Source: Candidatus Woesearchaeota archaeon (GTDB lineage Archaea > Nanobdellota > Nanobdellia > Woesearchaeales > UBA11576). From it: a stretch of DNA of 64,000 nucleotides. The position numbers and the translations under genes are program-made. This document shows positions 9,962 through 18,856 of the stretch, piece after piece. Position 1 is the first letter of the stretch; every line of letters begins with the position of its first letter. Below the pieces are notes generated by a model. It searched no databases. It was not told the origin of the DNA and saw only the letters and a list, made by a program, of their open reading frames with translations. Location of the stretch: the NCBI GenBank assembly GCA_016929255.1, contig JAFGJH010000041.1, positions 4,313 through 68,312 on the forward strand. The letters run 5' to 3'.

Positions 9962-12394
9962 GTGACAGTAGTTCTTATGCCTTTGACAAACACAGTACGA
10001 ATTCTGCAAGAGATGATTAAAGGCAAGAGAGCGATGTCGCCGATGCCTATGCCGAAACCAATGCCGAAACCTGCAGGTGGTGGTGGCGTTGGCGCAGGAA
10101 ATCCTGCAGGCGGCGGCGGAGGTGGCGCTGGCGGAGGTGCTGGTGGCAGCGGCAACCCTCTAGAGTCGCTCATGGGCGGCGGAGGCATGCCAGGGATGCC
10201 GGGCGGAAATCCTCTAGACCAGATTAAGGGCATGGCAAGCACAGGGTCAGGCGGGCTCATCAAACAGCATGAGGAAAAGATATCACAGCTGAAGCAGGAG
10301 ATAGCACAGCAGAAGGAGAATCTGAAGCAGGTCGATGCACAGATAGGCGGACCAGGGGGAGTCAAATCAAAGATTGACGCAGATAATACCTCGATAAGCG
10401 ATGCAAAAAAACAAGGTGCGGGAGTAGCACAGATACAGCAGATTGAGGCACATAAGGCACAGCTCGAGCAGCAGCTTCAGAAGCTGAATGAGCAGAAGGC
10501 AGCGATACAGGAAGTCATAAGGAAAAAAGAGGCAGAGATAGCTGTCGAGGAAGAAGCAATATCCAAGCTGAAAGGTGACCGCTGGACAGAACTTAAACTC
10601 AAAGCAGTCGGCTTCATCCCGGGCTACGGAACCGCGGCGGAGATAGCTGGCGAACAGGCCATGCAAATGAAGCATGGGGTCACAGAAGGAATGGCTGCGA
10701 AAAAAGAAGGAAAGATAGAAAGCGGCGCAGGCGAAGCTGAGAAAAAAGCAGCAGCTGCAGGCGAAGCCGCAAAAAGCGCAGGCGCATCAGCAGGACCAGC
10801 ACCAACCCCCACCCCCGCACCGTCAGGAGGAACCTCAGGCGGTGGCGGCGGAGGCGGACACATAGGAGGAGGCCTCCCTAATCTCGGAGCTCTCGGAGGA
10901 GGTGGCGGCGGAAGCGGCGGAATTGGCGGCGGAGAAAAGCCGCCAATAGTAACAGGACTGCTTGTAGGACTCAGCGTGCTCGGAGGAGGCATGGTGGTGA
11001 AATCATCAGGAAGCTTGGACATAGCGACGCTCCTTCCAGTGGTGATCCCAATAGCACTATTTATCACAGCACTGATATGCATCAGGCTCAGGTCAAAACA
11101 CTGGCTATTCCTTGTAGTTGGAATAATACTCCTAACAGGTTCGCTATACGGCGTAGCAACAAGGACAGCACCGCACGCTATTGCAGCATACCAGGCAGGA
11201 GCGATAGGTGAGTCAGGAGAACAGACACAAATCGCAGCGAAGAAAGGAGTTTCAGGAGTGATAGAGGATTTTTCAGTATCCTGGCAGAGACAGATGGCCA
11301 TCGCCAAAGGAGAGAATATAGACGGAGATGTAGACCAGCAAGTGAAAGAGGATGTAGGGCTCGAGATACTGCCGCCATACCTGCCGAACCCGACAAAGCT
11401 TAATCTCGATGAGGCAGGCACGCTCGAGATAGGGGCAAGGGTGAAAGGCTTCGATCCCAAGACACCAATAACCGCCACGACAGTGTGCCACATGCAGACA
11501 AGGGACGAGGCTGTCAGCTGGACAGGAAGCACAAGGACAGTCAAGCTCAACCCAGGCATCCAACAGAAGATCAGGCCGGTAACAGTCCAAGGCCACGCAT
11601 TCGACAGCGACATCATATGCTATCCAAGCATAACAAGATGCGGGCACTACGTGGTCACGATATCATCACAGGCAGACAACATAAGGACAGATGCGCAGAT
11701 GCAGAACTACATAATCGACAAGGAGATACTCAAGCAGAGGCTCAGGAGCTACGCAGAATCCAAAGACACGGAGTTGAGGTCAGAAAGCCAGGTCAACTCG
11801 GCGATAAACGAGATATACAAGGGGCAGGTCGGCAACTTCAAGTCAGTCTCGCAGAAAGGTGCGATAAAGGTGGTGATGGCAACGCAGCCTCTGGCACTGA
11901 TAGGCGTGGACCAGGAAACAGAACTCACGTTCAGGATGGGCATAGAGAACATGATGAACGGGTGGATAAGGACGCTCAACAGGGTGGAGGTAACCATACC
12001 CGGCTACTTCAGGCCATTGCCCGAGTACTGCACTAGCTGGCAGCTCGAAGGCAACAAGCTCATACTAAAACAGGAATACCTCAGGACAGTCAACCTTTAC
12101 GAAACAATAAGAGGAACACAGAAGATATTCCCCTCATGCCACCTCGTGCCGTCAGGAGATTACGCTCTGACAGAGCCCACAGAAGCCACGTTCCTTGCGC
12201 TCGTAGACTACAACTACATCGTCCAGTCAGAGTACAATGTAGAGATAAGGACAGCAGACGGCCAGATATGCAGAGAAGAAGCGAGCTCTGGCGGAAGCGG
12301 CGGAGGCGGTGCTGCCACCGGAGGATTACCGCATAACACAACAACAAATACCAGCAATAATCTAACAACATCTTTGAGCACGAACTCATCATAA
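9962..12394 (+). CDS. large membrane protein: Gly-rich/coiled-coil N-terminal part, TM segments, Cys-containing C-terminal ectodomain
   Basis: 810-aa ORF (GTG 9962; alternative ATGs at 9977 and 10013). It has poly-Gly tracts, a Q/K/E heptad region, hydrophobic helices (IVTGLLVGLSVLGGGMVV, LLPVVIPIALFITALICI, WLFLVVGIILLTGSLYGV) and a ~380-aa C-terminal domain ending in a G/N/T/S-rich tail. A TATA-like TTTTATAC lies ~25 nt upstream. Confidence 0.75.
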   Translation: MTVVLMPLTNTVRILQEMIKGKRAMSPMPMPKPMPKPAGGGGVGAGNPAGGGGGGAGGGAGGSGNPLESLMGGGGMPGMPGGNPLDQIKGMASTGSGGLIKQHEEKISQLKQEIAQQKENLKQVDAQIGGPGGVKSKIDADNTSISDAKKQGAGVAQIQQIEAHKAQLEQQLQKLNEQKAAIQEVIRKKEAEIAVEEEAISKLKGDRWTELKLKAVGFIPGYGTAAEIAGEQAMQMKHGVTEGMAAKKEGKIESGAGEAEKKAAAAGEAAKSAGASAGPAPTPTPAPSGGTSGGGGGGGHIGGGLPNLGALGGGGGGSGGIGGGEKPPIVTGLLVGLSVLGGGMVVKSSGSLDIATLLPVVIPIALFITALICIRLRSKHWLFLVVGIILLTGSLYGVATRTAPHAIAAYQAGAIGESGEQTQIAAKKGVSGVIEDFSVSWQRQMAIAKGENIDGDVDQQVKEDVGLEILPPYLPNPTKLNLDEAGTLEIGARVKGFDPKTPITATTVCHMQTRDEAVSWTGSTRTVKLNPGIQQKIRPVTVQGHAFDSDIICYPSITRCGHYVVTISSQADNIRTDAQMQNYIIDKEILKQRLRSYAESKDTELRSESQVNSAINEIYKGQVGNFKSVSQKGAIKVVMATQPLALIGVDQETELTFRMGIENMMNGWIRTLNRVEVTIPGYFRPLPEYCTSWQLEGNKLILKQEYLRTVNLYETIRGTQKIFPSCHLVPSGDYALTEPTEATFLALVDYNYIVQSEYNVEIRTADGQICREEASSGGSGGGGAATGGLPHNTTTNTSNNLTTSLSTNSS

Positions 12395-12411
12395 TCCGAA
12401 AAGGTGCAAAC

Positions 12412-13428
12412 ATGAACCGAAAACACACACCAACAACACAGTTTCTATCACGAATGCTGATTCTCTTAATCCTCCTAATGCTGTCCGGCTGCAGCGGTGC
12501 AGGCGGGTTCTTCAAGGGCAACACCAAAACAATAGAGACATACAACTTCAGGCAGGGAACTGACGCCCTCTCGATGCAGTTCATCGAGGGCATGCCCCCT
12601 AGCCAGGTATTCATCGGGACAGACTTCAGCACAGGGCTCAAAATCAAGAATATGGGAGCCTATGACATAGACGGCAACGCAGAGCTTTCCATAAGCGTCC
12701 CTGACGCTTCCGCATTCAGCTTCAAGCAGGGAAACAAGGAACAGTTCATCATGAAAGGCAAATCATTGTACATCAAAGAAGGAGAAGAGAACGTCATAAT
12801 ATTCCCGATGAAAGCGCTGTGCTTCCCGGGATATGCCGAACAGATAGTCAGGAACTACACAAGGAAGATAAAGGCCACAGCATGCTACTACTACGAGACC
12901 ACCGCCAATGCTGACCTCTGCATAGACACCAGGAAGTTCCTCAGGGCAGAGAAGGAGAAACCAGAATGCCAGATGCGAGACATGACTCTCTCAGGAGGAC
13001 AGGGAGGGCCTGTAGGAGTCTCGAGGATATCACCGACAGTGATACCCCAATCGACAGAAGAGGTCACAGTGCAGCTGGCAATATCAATAGACAAGCTAAA
13101 AGGAGCAGACCACAACATATTCCACCCGGACTCAGGATGCACTGACCCACAGCAGCTGAACAGGGTGCAGGTAAGCGTGGAGATGGGCGGAGAGCCGCTC
13201 CAGTGCAGGCCGTCAGAGATACAGCTCAAGGAAAGGCAGTCAGTAAGCATGATATGCGAGAAGAAAGTCAACCCTTCCCTCGGAGCGTTCCTGTCACCGG
13301 TCACAGTCAACATGAGATACTATGTCCAGCAGACACAGCTGAAGGACATAACAGTAGAGCCGCCTCCGCTGGAGTACGGCAATACAGTAAACTGCGCAGC
13401 CCTGAGCGGCGCTCAACCTGCCTCTTAG
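12412..13428 (+). CDS. predicted lipoprotein, paralog 1 of a three-member family
   Basis: 338-aa ORF with a signal peptide and lipobox (LLILLMLSGC). Shares GT[ED]xLxMxF, hxhxhxNxG beta-sandwich motifs, ACYYYETTANADLCID, GGPVGV and six aligned Cys with ORFs 13655 and 14638. Confidence 0.8.
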   Translation: MNRKHTPTTQFLSRMLILLILLMLSGCSGAGGFFKGNTKTIETYNFRQGTDALSMQFIEGMPPSQVFIGTDFSTGLKIKNMGAYDIDGNAELSISVPDASAFSFKQGNKEQFIMKGKSLYIKEGEENVIIFPMKALCFPGYAEQIVRNYTRKIKATACYYYETTANADLCIDTRKFLRAEKEKPECQMRDMTLSGGQGGPVGVSRISPTVIPQSTEEVTVQLAISIDKLKGADHNIFHPDSGCTDPQQLNRVQVSVEMGGEPLQCRPSEIQLKERQSVSMICEKKVNPSLGAFLSPVTVNMRYYVQQTQLKDITVEPPPLEYGNTVNCAALSGAQPAS

Positions 13429-13580
13429 AATCACCTGGAAGCAGCGGCATCAAGCAAACAAGGCTGAACAGCACCAGCTTAAAGACAGAACAGCAGAAGC
13501 AGGGTATACGTTAAATAATCAGGTATAAAGCCCGTATCACCGAAAAATATAAATACTCAAAAACCGCGATTTAGCACACA

Positions 13581-13600
13581 CAAAGCCCCTCTGGGCTTTG
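13581..13600 (+). other. perfect 8-bp stem / 4-nt loop hairpin between lipoprotein paralogs 1 and 2
   Basis: CAAAGCCC-CTCT-GGGCTTTG. It lies ~27 nt downstream of the TATA-like ATATAAAT (13547-13554) and 55 nt upstream of ATG 13655. Confidence 0.5.
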
Positions 13601-13654
13601 GTGTCCTAAAATTATTGGTTTTCAATAATTTTATGACAAAAGAGGCCTAAAAAG

Positions 13655-14596
13655 ATGGTAAACAAAAAAACAAGCATTACTTTCGGGTTGATTTTCGCAC
13701 TGCTGCTGATAACAGGCTGCAGCAGCTTCGGAGGAAGTAGGGACGGTCCGCCTGTGTCAGCAGAGTTCGTCGCCTCAGGCACAGAAGGCATAGTCATGAG
13801 CTTCATAGCAGACCAGCCTCCGCCCAAAGTATACACGCAGTCACCGCTGACATTCCTTGTAGAGATAAGGAACAGAGGGACATACACAGTCCCCAGCGCA
13901 GCATTCTACCTCACAGGGTTCGACCCAAACATCATAATTGGACTGCCGCCATCCTACATAATCACGCAGCCTCTGGAAGGCAAGAACCAGTTCAACCCTG
14001 ACGGAGGATACACGACAGCAGAGTTCTCAACATCAACAGTCACGCTGCCGACAAGCATGCCAAACTACAGGCCCACATTCATGCTCACGGCATGCTACCC
14101 ATACCACACAATCGCCACGCCTCTCATCTGCGTAGACCCCAACCCGCTCGACACGACATCAGACAAGGCCTGCAGGGTGCAGAAGGTCTATTCTACAGGA
14201 AGCCAGGGAGCCCCCGTATCTGTGCAGAGCATAGAGACAGAGGCAAGGCCGACAGGCATGTTCTTCAGGATACACATCGCAAACCTGGCAGGAGGCACAG
14301 AACAGGCAAGCGGAACAGTATTCGACCAGACAGCCATGCAGACCTGCCCGGGAGGGCTGCAGTACAAGGACCTTAACCAGATTGACTACATGGTATCAAT
14401 CGCAGGACAGCCGCTCGACTGCGAGCCCAAAGCAAAGATAAGGCTCGTCAACAACGTGGCGACAATATTCTGCAAGTACCTTAACCTGCCGCAGATACCC
14501 GCATACCAGACCCCCATAGAGGTGGAGCTCAGCTACGGATACAAAAGCTCGATATCCAAGATTGTAGAGATAGAGAACCTTAACTTCGCAAGATAA
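13655..14596 (+). CDS. predicted lipoprotein, paralog 2
   Basis: 313-aa ORF with lipobox LLLITGC. Family motifs: SGTEGIVMSF, LVEIRNRGTYTV, ACYPYHTIATPLICVD, GAPVSV. Confidence 0.8.
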   Translation: MVNKKTSITFGLIFALLLITGCSSFGGSRDGPPVSAEFVASGTEGIVMSFIADQPPPKVYTQSPLTFLVEIRNRGTYTVPSAAFYLTGFDPNIIIGLPPSYIITQPLEGKNQFNPDGGYTTAEFSTSTVTLPTSMPNYRPTFMLTACYPYHTIATPLICVDPNPLDTTSDKACRVQKVYSTGSQGAPVSVQSIETEARPTGMFFRIHIANLAGGTEQASGTVFDQTAMQTCPGGLQYKDLNQIDYMVSIAGQPLDCEPKAKIRLVNNVATIFCKYLNLPQIPAYQTPIEVELSYGYKSSISKIVEIENLNFAR

Positions 14597-14637
14597 ATCT
14601 TCATGAAACAACAGAGGTCAGACTAGGAGGTCAAAAA

Positions 14638-15606
14638 ATGAGGAAAGCAATCCTGATAACATTCGTCGCGTTCCTGCTGTTATTCGCAGCAGGATGCAAC
14701 AAGGAAGAGCAGCAGGGCCCAGTGGGCTCAAAGTTCGTAGGAGGCACAGAAGGCCTGTCCATAAGCTTTGCGCCGGGATCCATACCTGACAAGATACTCG
14801 ACAAAGACCAGCCGTTCGGCATAAGCGTGGTACTCACGAACAAAGGAGACCACACCATAGAGAACGGAGCAGATGCGACAGTCAAGATAACAGGGATAGA
14901 CCCGGCAGACTTCGGCGTTGGCGCAGGAGACCTGGTCCAGGACAGCCCAGGAACAATCAGGGGGGCACAGAAAGACGTCCAGGGAGCGGTCATACAGGGA
15001 GAGACAGTAAGCCTTGACTTCCCTGCAAGCGGAGCAAGCTTTGTCCACCAGAAAGAGATAGCAGGAGCAGTGACATACAATGTCAGGGCAGACGTGTGCT
15101 ACAAATACGGCACGGTAGCCAACACAAAGCTCTGCGTCCTTGAAGACATACTCGGCACCCACGGAGCATCAGGCAAGCTCTGCCAGATAAACGAGGACAA
15201 GGTCGTCGACAACTCAGGAGCCCCTGTCCAGATAGTATCATTCAGGGAATCGGTATCCTCGGCGAACAAAGTGGCATTTGTCTTCAAGATAAAGCATGTA
15301 GGCACAGGGACCGTCCATGAGATGGACAGCGAGTGCGCAAAGGAGTTCCAGCAGAAGGACAAAGTGCATGTAATGGTTGACACTGGCATATCAGACGGCC
15401 TGACGTGCTCAGGACTCCAGGACGGAGCAGCTTCAGGATCAGTTTATGAGGGCAATGCGCAGCTCCTCAACGGAGAGAGGGAGATAAGGTGCACACAGAA
15501 CATAAACAGCCCAACAGACCTCGAGAAACTGACCATAATAGAGCTCACATACGACTATGACCAGAACATAGAGAAAAGGCTCGAAGTCCAGCACGTGGGA
15601 GGATAA
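14638..15606 (+). CDS. predicted lipoprotein, paralog 3
   Basis: 322-aa ORF with lipobox LLFAAGC and a strong TAGGAGGT Shine-Dalgarno. Family motifs: GGTEGLSISF, VVLTNKGDHTI, VCYKYGTVANTKLCVLED, GAPVQI. Confidence 0.8.
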   Translation: MRKAILITFVAFLLLFAAGCNKEEQQGPVGSKFVGGTEGLSISFAPGSIPDKILDKDQPFGISVVLTNKGDHTIENGADATVKITGIDPADFGVGAGDLVQDSPGTIRGAQKDVQGAVIQGETVSLDFPASGASFVHQKEIAGAVTYNVRADVCYKYGTVANTKLCVLEDILGTHGASGKLCQINEDKVVDNSGAPVQIVSFRESVSSANKVAFVFKIKHVGTGTVHEMDSECAKEFQQKDKVHVMVDTGISDGLTCSGLQDGAASGSVYEGNAQLLNGEREIRCTQNINSPTDLEKLTIIELTYDYDQNIEKRLEVQHVGG

Positions 15607-15663
15607 GACTTAATATTTTATCATTAATTTTTTTCATATTTCTTTTTCTGCCCAACTACACAT

Positions 15664-15955
15664 TTAAAGCGGTGGCTGCAGCCACGCTGCTACCCTGCTG
15701 TCGGTTGCCATGTGAATTCTGTTTTGCTGGTTGCTGCGCAAACCCTGAAGAACAGACAAAAGCGCAACCATTCTGATTCTTTGGTCTGAGGACACGCAAA
15801 GAGCGGTGGCTGCAGCCACGCTGCTATCGGTCATGTTGGTTGCTATCTTTCTATCCTTTAGCCTGTTGCTGCGCAAACCCTGAAGAACAGACAAAAGTGC
15901 AACCATTCTGATTCTTTGGTCTGAGGACACGCAAAGAGCGGTGGCTGCAGCCACG
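15664..15955. repeat. tandem 134-135 bp repeat array (2 units) bounded by three copies of a palindromic hairpin motif
   Basis: GCGGTGGCTGCAGCCACG occurs at 15669, 15803 and 15938. The segment 15731-15820 matches 15866-15955 at 89 of 90 positions. The array lies between convergent gene ends. Confidence 0.9.
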
Positions 15956-16001
15956 AATTAATATTCATGGCCACTGCCGCTTTTCTGAAAATAATAAACA
16001 A

Positions 16002-17243
16002 TCACTTCCCGACGATGTTGAGGCTGGAAAAAGCATTCTCCACATCAGCCTTCGAGTAACCAGAACTCAAGAGGGAATGCCTTATCTTGTCAATGTCATC
16101 GCCATGGTCCATCGCCAGCTCAATCATAGGCAGTATCTCATCTATCTTAGACGGAAGGCTGCTGCCTCCATCATCAGTGCCGGAATCCATTCCAGTTTCT
16201 CCAGAAGGGGCATCATCATCAGACACACCCATCCTGCCTGCGTAACCTGAACTCTCAGGTTCATCAAAAGACCTGAGATCGTCAGGGCTTATGCTGACCG
16301 TCTCAGACGGCTCGAACCGGGTCATCATCAGCTCCTTCATGCGCTCCCCGAACTCGCTCATCAAGGCGTTCTCCTTGCGCGCCTTCTCCTCAATCACCTT
16401 CTGCTGCTTATCAAGCTTCACCTTCATCGAAGCAAGAGCAGCATTGAAGAGCGAGACCTTCTTCGCATGGTTCTTCATTATTATGAGCCTCTTCTCCTCC
16501 TCTTCCTTCCTCAACTGCTCAAGAGCGTCGGCATACTCAGCCTCCCTGGAGCCTATTACGCGCCCCTTTTCCGCAAGAGCGGCGTCGTTAGACTTAAGGC
16601 GCTCCTTCATCCTCATCATCTCATAAAGAAGCTTCTGGTTCTGTTCATCAGTGGAGAAGACGCGTTTCTCGACAGCGCCGACCTTGTTGTTGAGGGCAAA
16701 GACCTGCTTCCTGTAAGCGTCGATCTGCTGCTCAAGGTCACTGTTCCTGCTGTCCATCCCCTTCAACAGCGATGTCTTCTCGGCTAGCTTGTCCTTCAGC
16801 ACCCGGACCATACCATCCTTCTCAGCCACTTGCTTCCTGAGCTCTGTGTTGAGCCTGTCCAAATCCTGCAGCTGCCTCCTGCTGTCTAGGATGTCCTTTG
16901 AAAGCGACTCTATCCTGGCAGACTGGTCATCAATCTTCTGCTTCATCGAGTTGACGACATCCTCGCGCCTGGAAAGGTCAAGCTCAACAGGCTTAATGTC
17001 ATCAATCATCTCAGAAATCAGCCGGCGCTTATCCTCAAGCTCTCCCTTGAGCCTCTTGAGCTCAGCGCGCACAGCAGGATCAGAACCTGAACCTCCCATC
17101 TCCTGCCTCAGGCTCTCGAACTCCTCCGCGAACCTGGAGATGACCTCCTGATTCTTCCTCAGACGGTCGGCCAGCTCCTCATTGGAACGCATGATCTCCT
17201 GGCTCTTCTTCCCAATATCCTCAAGGATGCTATTTTCCACCAT
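16002..17243 (-). CDS. cytoplasmic coiled-coil protein, function unknown
   Basis: 413-aa ORF, almost entirely heptad-like E/K/R/L-rich, with an acidic Ser/Asp linker and a small C-terminal helical domain (IDEILPMIELAMDHGDDIDKIRHSLLSSGYSKADVENAF). Confidence 0.7.
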   Translation of the reverse strand: MVENSILEDIGKKSQEIMRSNEELADRLRKNQEVISRFAEEFESLRQEMGGSGSDPAVRAELKRLKGELEDKRRLISEMIDDIKPVELDLSRREDVVNSMKQKIDDQSARIESLSKDILDSRRQLQDLDRLNTELRKQVAEKDGMVRVLKDKLAEKTSLLKGMDSRNSDLEQQIDAYRKQVFALNNKVGAVEKRVFSTDEQNQKLLYEMMRMKERLKSNDAALAEKGRVIGSREAEYADALEQLRKEEEEKRLIIMKNHAKKVSLFNAALASMKVKLDKQQKVIEEKARKENALMSEFGERMKELMMTRFEPSETVSISPDDLRSFDEPESSGYAGRMGVSDDDAPSGETGMDSGTDDGGSSLPSKIDEILPMIELAMDHGDDIDKIRHSLLSSGYSKADVENAFSSLNIVGK

Positions 17244-17314
17244 CTTTTTTTTTCAGCTCCCGCCATGGCAGGCAACCAACGACATGCGAATGACCATCGA
17301 AAGTGCACCAATAC

Positions 17315-18277
17315 TCATTTCTCAGAGCCGACCAACGCAACGTGCGCAAGGAAAGCCTCAAGCTGGACGAACTCGTCGCTGCCCTCAGTCATCCTGAACT
17401 CGGCCTCGCCGCATTTCTCGACCAGAGACATCTTCTTCCTGCCGTCGAGCTCAAGGTTGTATATCTCCTTCTGGACCTGCTTTATGACATCAAGGCCCGA
17501 AAGCCCGTAATTGAGCATGACATCGAGCAGCCTTTCCCGCGAATCGATGAACCCGCCCTTCAACGCAATCTCAAGGACATCCTTGACTTCCTTCGGCCTC
17601 GCGACCGACGCCAGAGAGTAGACTATATCATCTGTTATATTCTTGCTGATCGCGGCAGCGCTCTGGAGGATGTTCTCGACCCTCCTACAGTCCCCCTCTG
17701 ATATGTTGAACAGCGCCTCCTCAGCCTTGTCGTCCAGCCTCAGCCCCTCAATCTTGGCAATCTTCTTGACCAGCCTGAACACATCAACTTTCGGAAGCGG
17801 CTTGAAGCGGAATATCGCGCATCTCGACTGGATAGGATCTATTATCTTGCTGCTGTAATTGGCCGCCAGGATGAACCTTGTGGTCTGGGTGTAGTTCTCC
17901 ATGGTCCTTCTCAGGGCCTGCTGCGCCTCTCTCGTGAGAGCATCGCACTCGTCAAGATAGATTATCTTGAAAGGCACGTCCCCTATAGCCCGCGTCCTGG
18001 CAAAATCCTTGACCTTGTTCCTTATCACATCTATACCTCGCTCATCAGAAGCGTTAAGCTCAAGGAAGTTGCTGTGCCAAGACTCGCCGAAAAGCTGCCT
18101 TGCGACGACCAGCGCAAGAGAGGTCTTCCCGACTCCCGCGGGTCCTGAAAACAGAAGATGAGGCATGTTCTTCTCCTTCACAAAAGCCTCCACTCTCTTC
18201 ACAACAGCTTCCTGCCCAAGGACCTCGCTGAAGTCCTTAGGCCTGAATTTCTCTGTCCAGATGGCGTGCTCTGTCAT
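17315..18277 (-). CDS. rfcS: replication factor C small subunit
   Basis: WTEKFRPKDF, Walker A GPAGVGKTS, DECD, the SRC motif QSRCAIFRF. The conserved N-terminus starts at ATG 18277, inside ORF 17315-18346. Confidence 0.92.
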   Translation of the reverse strand: MTEHAIWTEKFRPKDFSEVLGQEAVVKRVEAFVKEKNMPHLLFSGPAGVGKTSLALVVARQLFGESWHSNFLELNASDERGIDVIRNKVKDFARTRAIGDVPFKIIYLDECDALTREAQQALRRTMENYTQTTRFILAANYSSKIIDPIQSRCAIFRFKPLPKVDVFRLVKKIAKIEGLRLDDKAEEALFNISEGDCRRVENILQSAAAISKNITDDIVYSLASVARPKEVKDVLEIALKGGFIDSRERLLDVMLNYGLSGLDVIKQVQKEIYNLELDGRKKMSLVEKCGEAEFRMTEGSDEFVQLEAFLAHVALVGSEK

Positions 18278-18387
18278 GCCTCTGAATAAAGTCCGAGAAA
18301 ATATAAATGTTTCCCTTTTAAAACCACGACAAAAAATCAAAAACAAAGAGAAAACAGCAAAAAATAAACAGAAAAATCAGAAGAGCA

Positions 18388-18651
18388 TCAGATGATGTCT
18401 TCCTCGGCAATGACCATGAAGTCACCGATAGCCATCAGCGCGCTGAAGGGTATAAGGATGTTATTTTCCTTGTCCTTCTCAAGCTCAAGCCTCTCGCTGT
18501 ACGGTGTAGGATTGATCAGGACCATGTGGATGAGTTCACCAGACTTGACCTCAAATATCATGTCACCGACTTCTCCGAACTTCTTGCCCGTCTTGGAGAC
18601 CACTGTCTTGCCAATCAGTTCCCTTGCAAATCGTTTTTCTTCCTCAGCCAT
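18388..18651 (-). CDS. PRC-barrel domain protein
   Basis: The ORF is trimmed to ATG 18651 (MAEEEKRFARELIGKTVVSKTGKKFGEVGDMIF...). The pattern is typical of small archaeal PRC-barrel proteins, and there is a paralog at 45226-45498. Confidence 0.6.
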   Translation of the reverse strand: MAEEEKRFARELIGKTVVSKTGKKFGEVGDMIFEVKSGELIHMVLINPTPYSERLELEKDKENNILIPFSALMAIGDFMVIAEEDII

Positions 18652-18856
18652 GTTAGCACCTCTCTTGGCATTCCTCAAGCATAACAATGAGTAATATAAC
18701 TTACTCTACAGTAAAAATAACATATTCATGGCATATATAAATCTTTTTGTTTTAAAACTCCCGTAATATCCTCCACATTCTTTAAAAACACACCTTACCA
18801 TGTCTTGCTGCCGGGTCCTGCCAGCAAAAAGCTTTAAATATGACGCTTCCAAAGGA

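Noticed and set aside
10624-11616. 330-aa minus-strand ORF (Pro/Ala/Ser-rich) antisense to the 810-aa gene.
   Set aside because: It is the mirror image of the Gly/Ala-rich coding tracts (GGN codons read as NCC). It has no start context and is wholly contained in a better-supported gene.
15664-15955. Possible CRISPR array, given regularly spaced palindromic repeats.
   Set aside because: The period is 134-135 bp. The sequence between the palindromes is itself repeated (89/90 identity), so these are not unique spacers. There are only three palindrome copies and no cas genes nearby.
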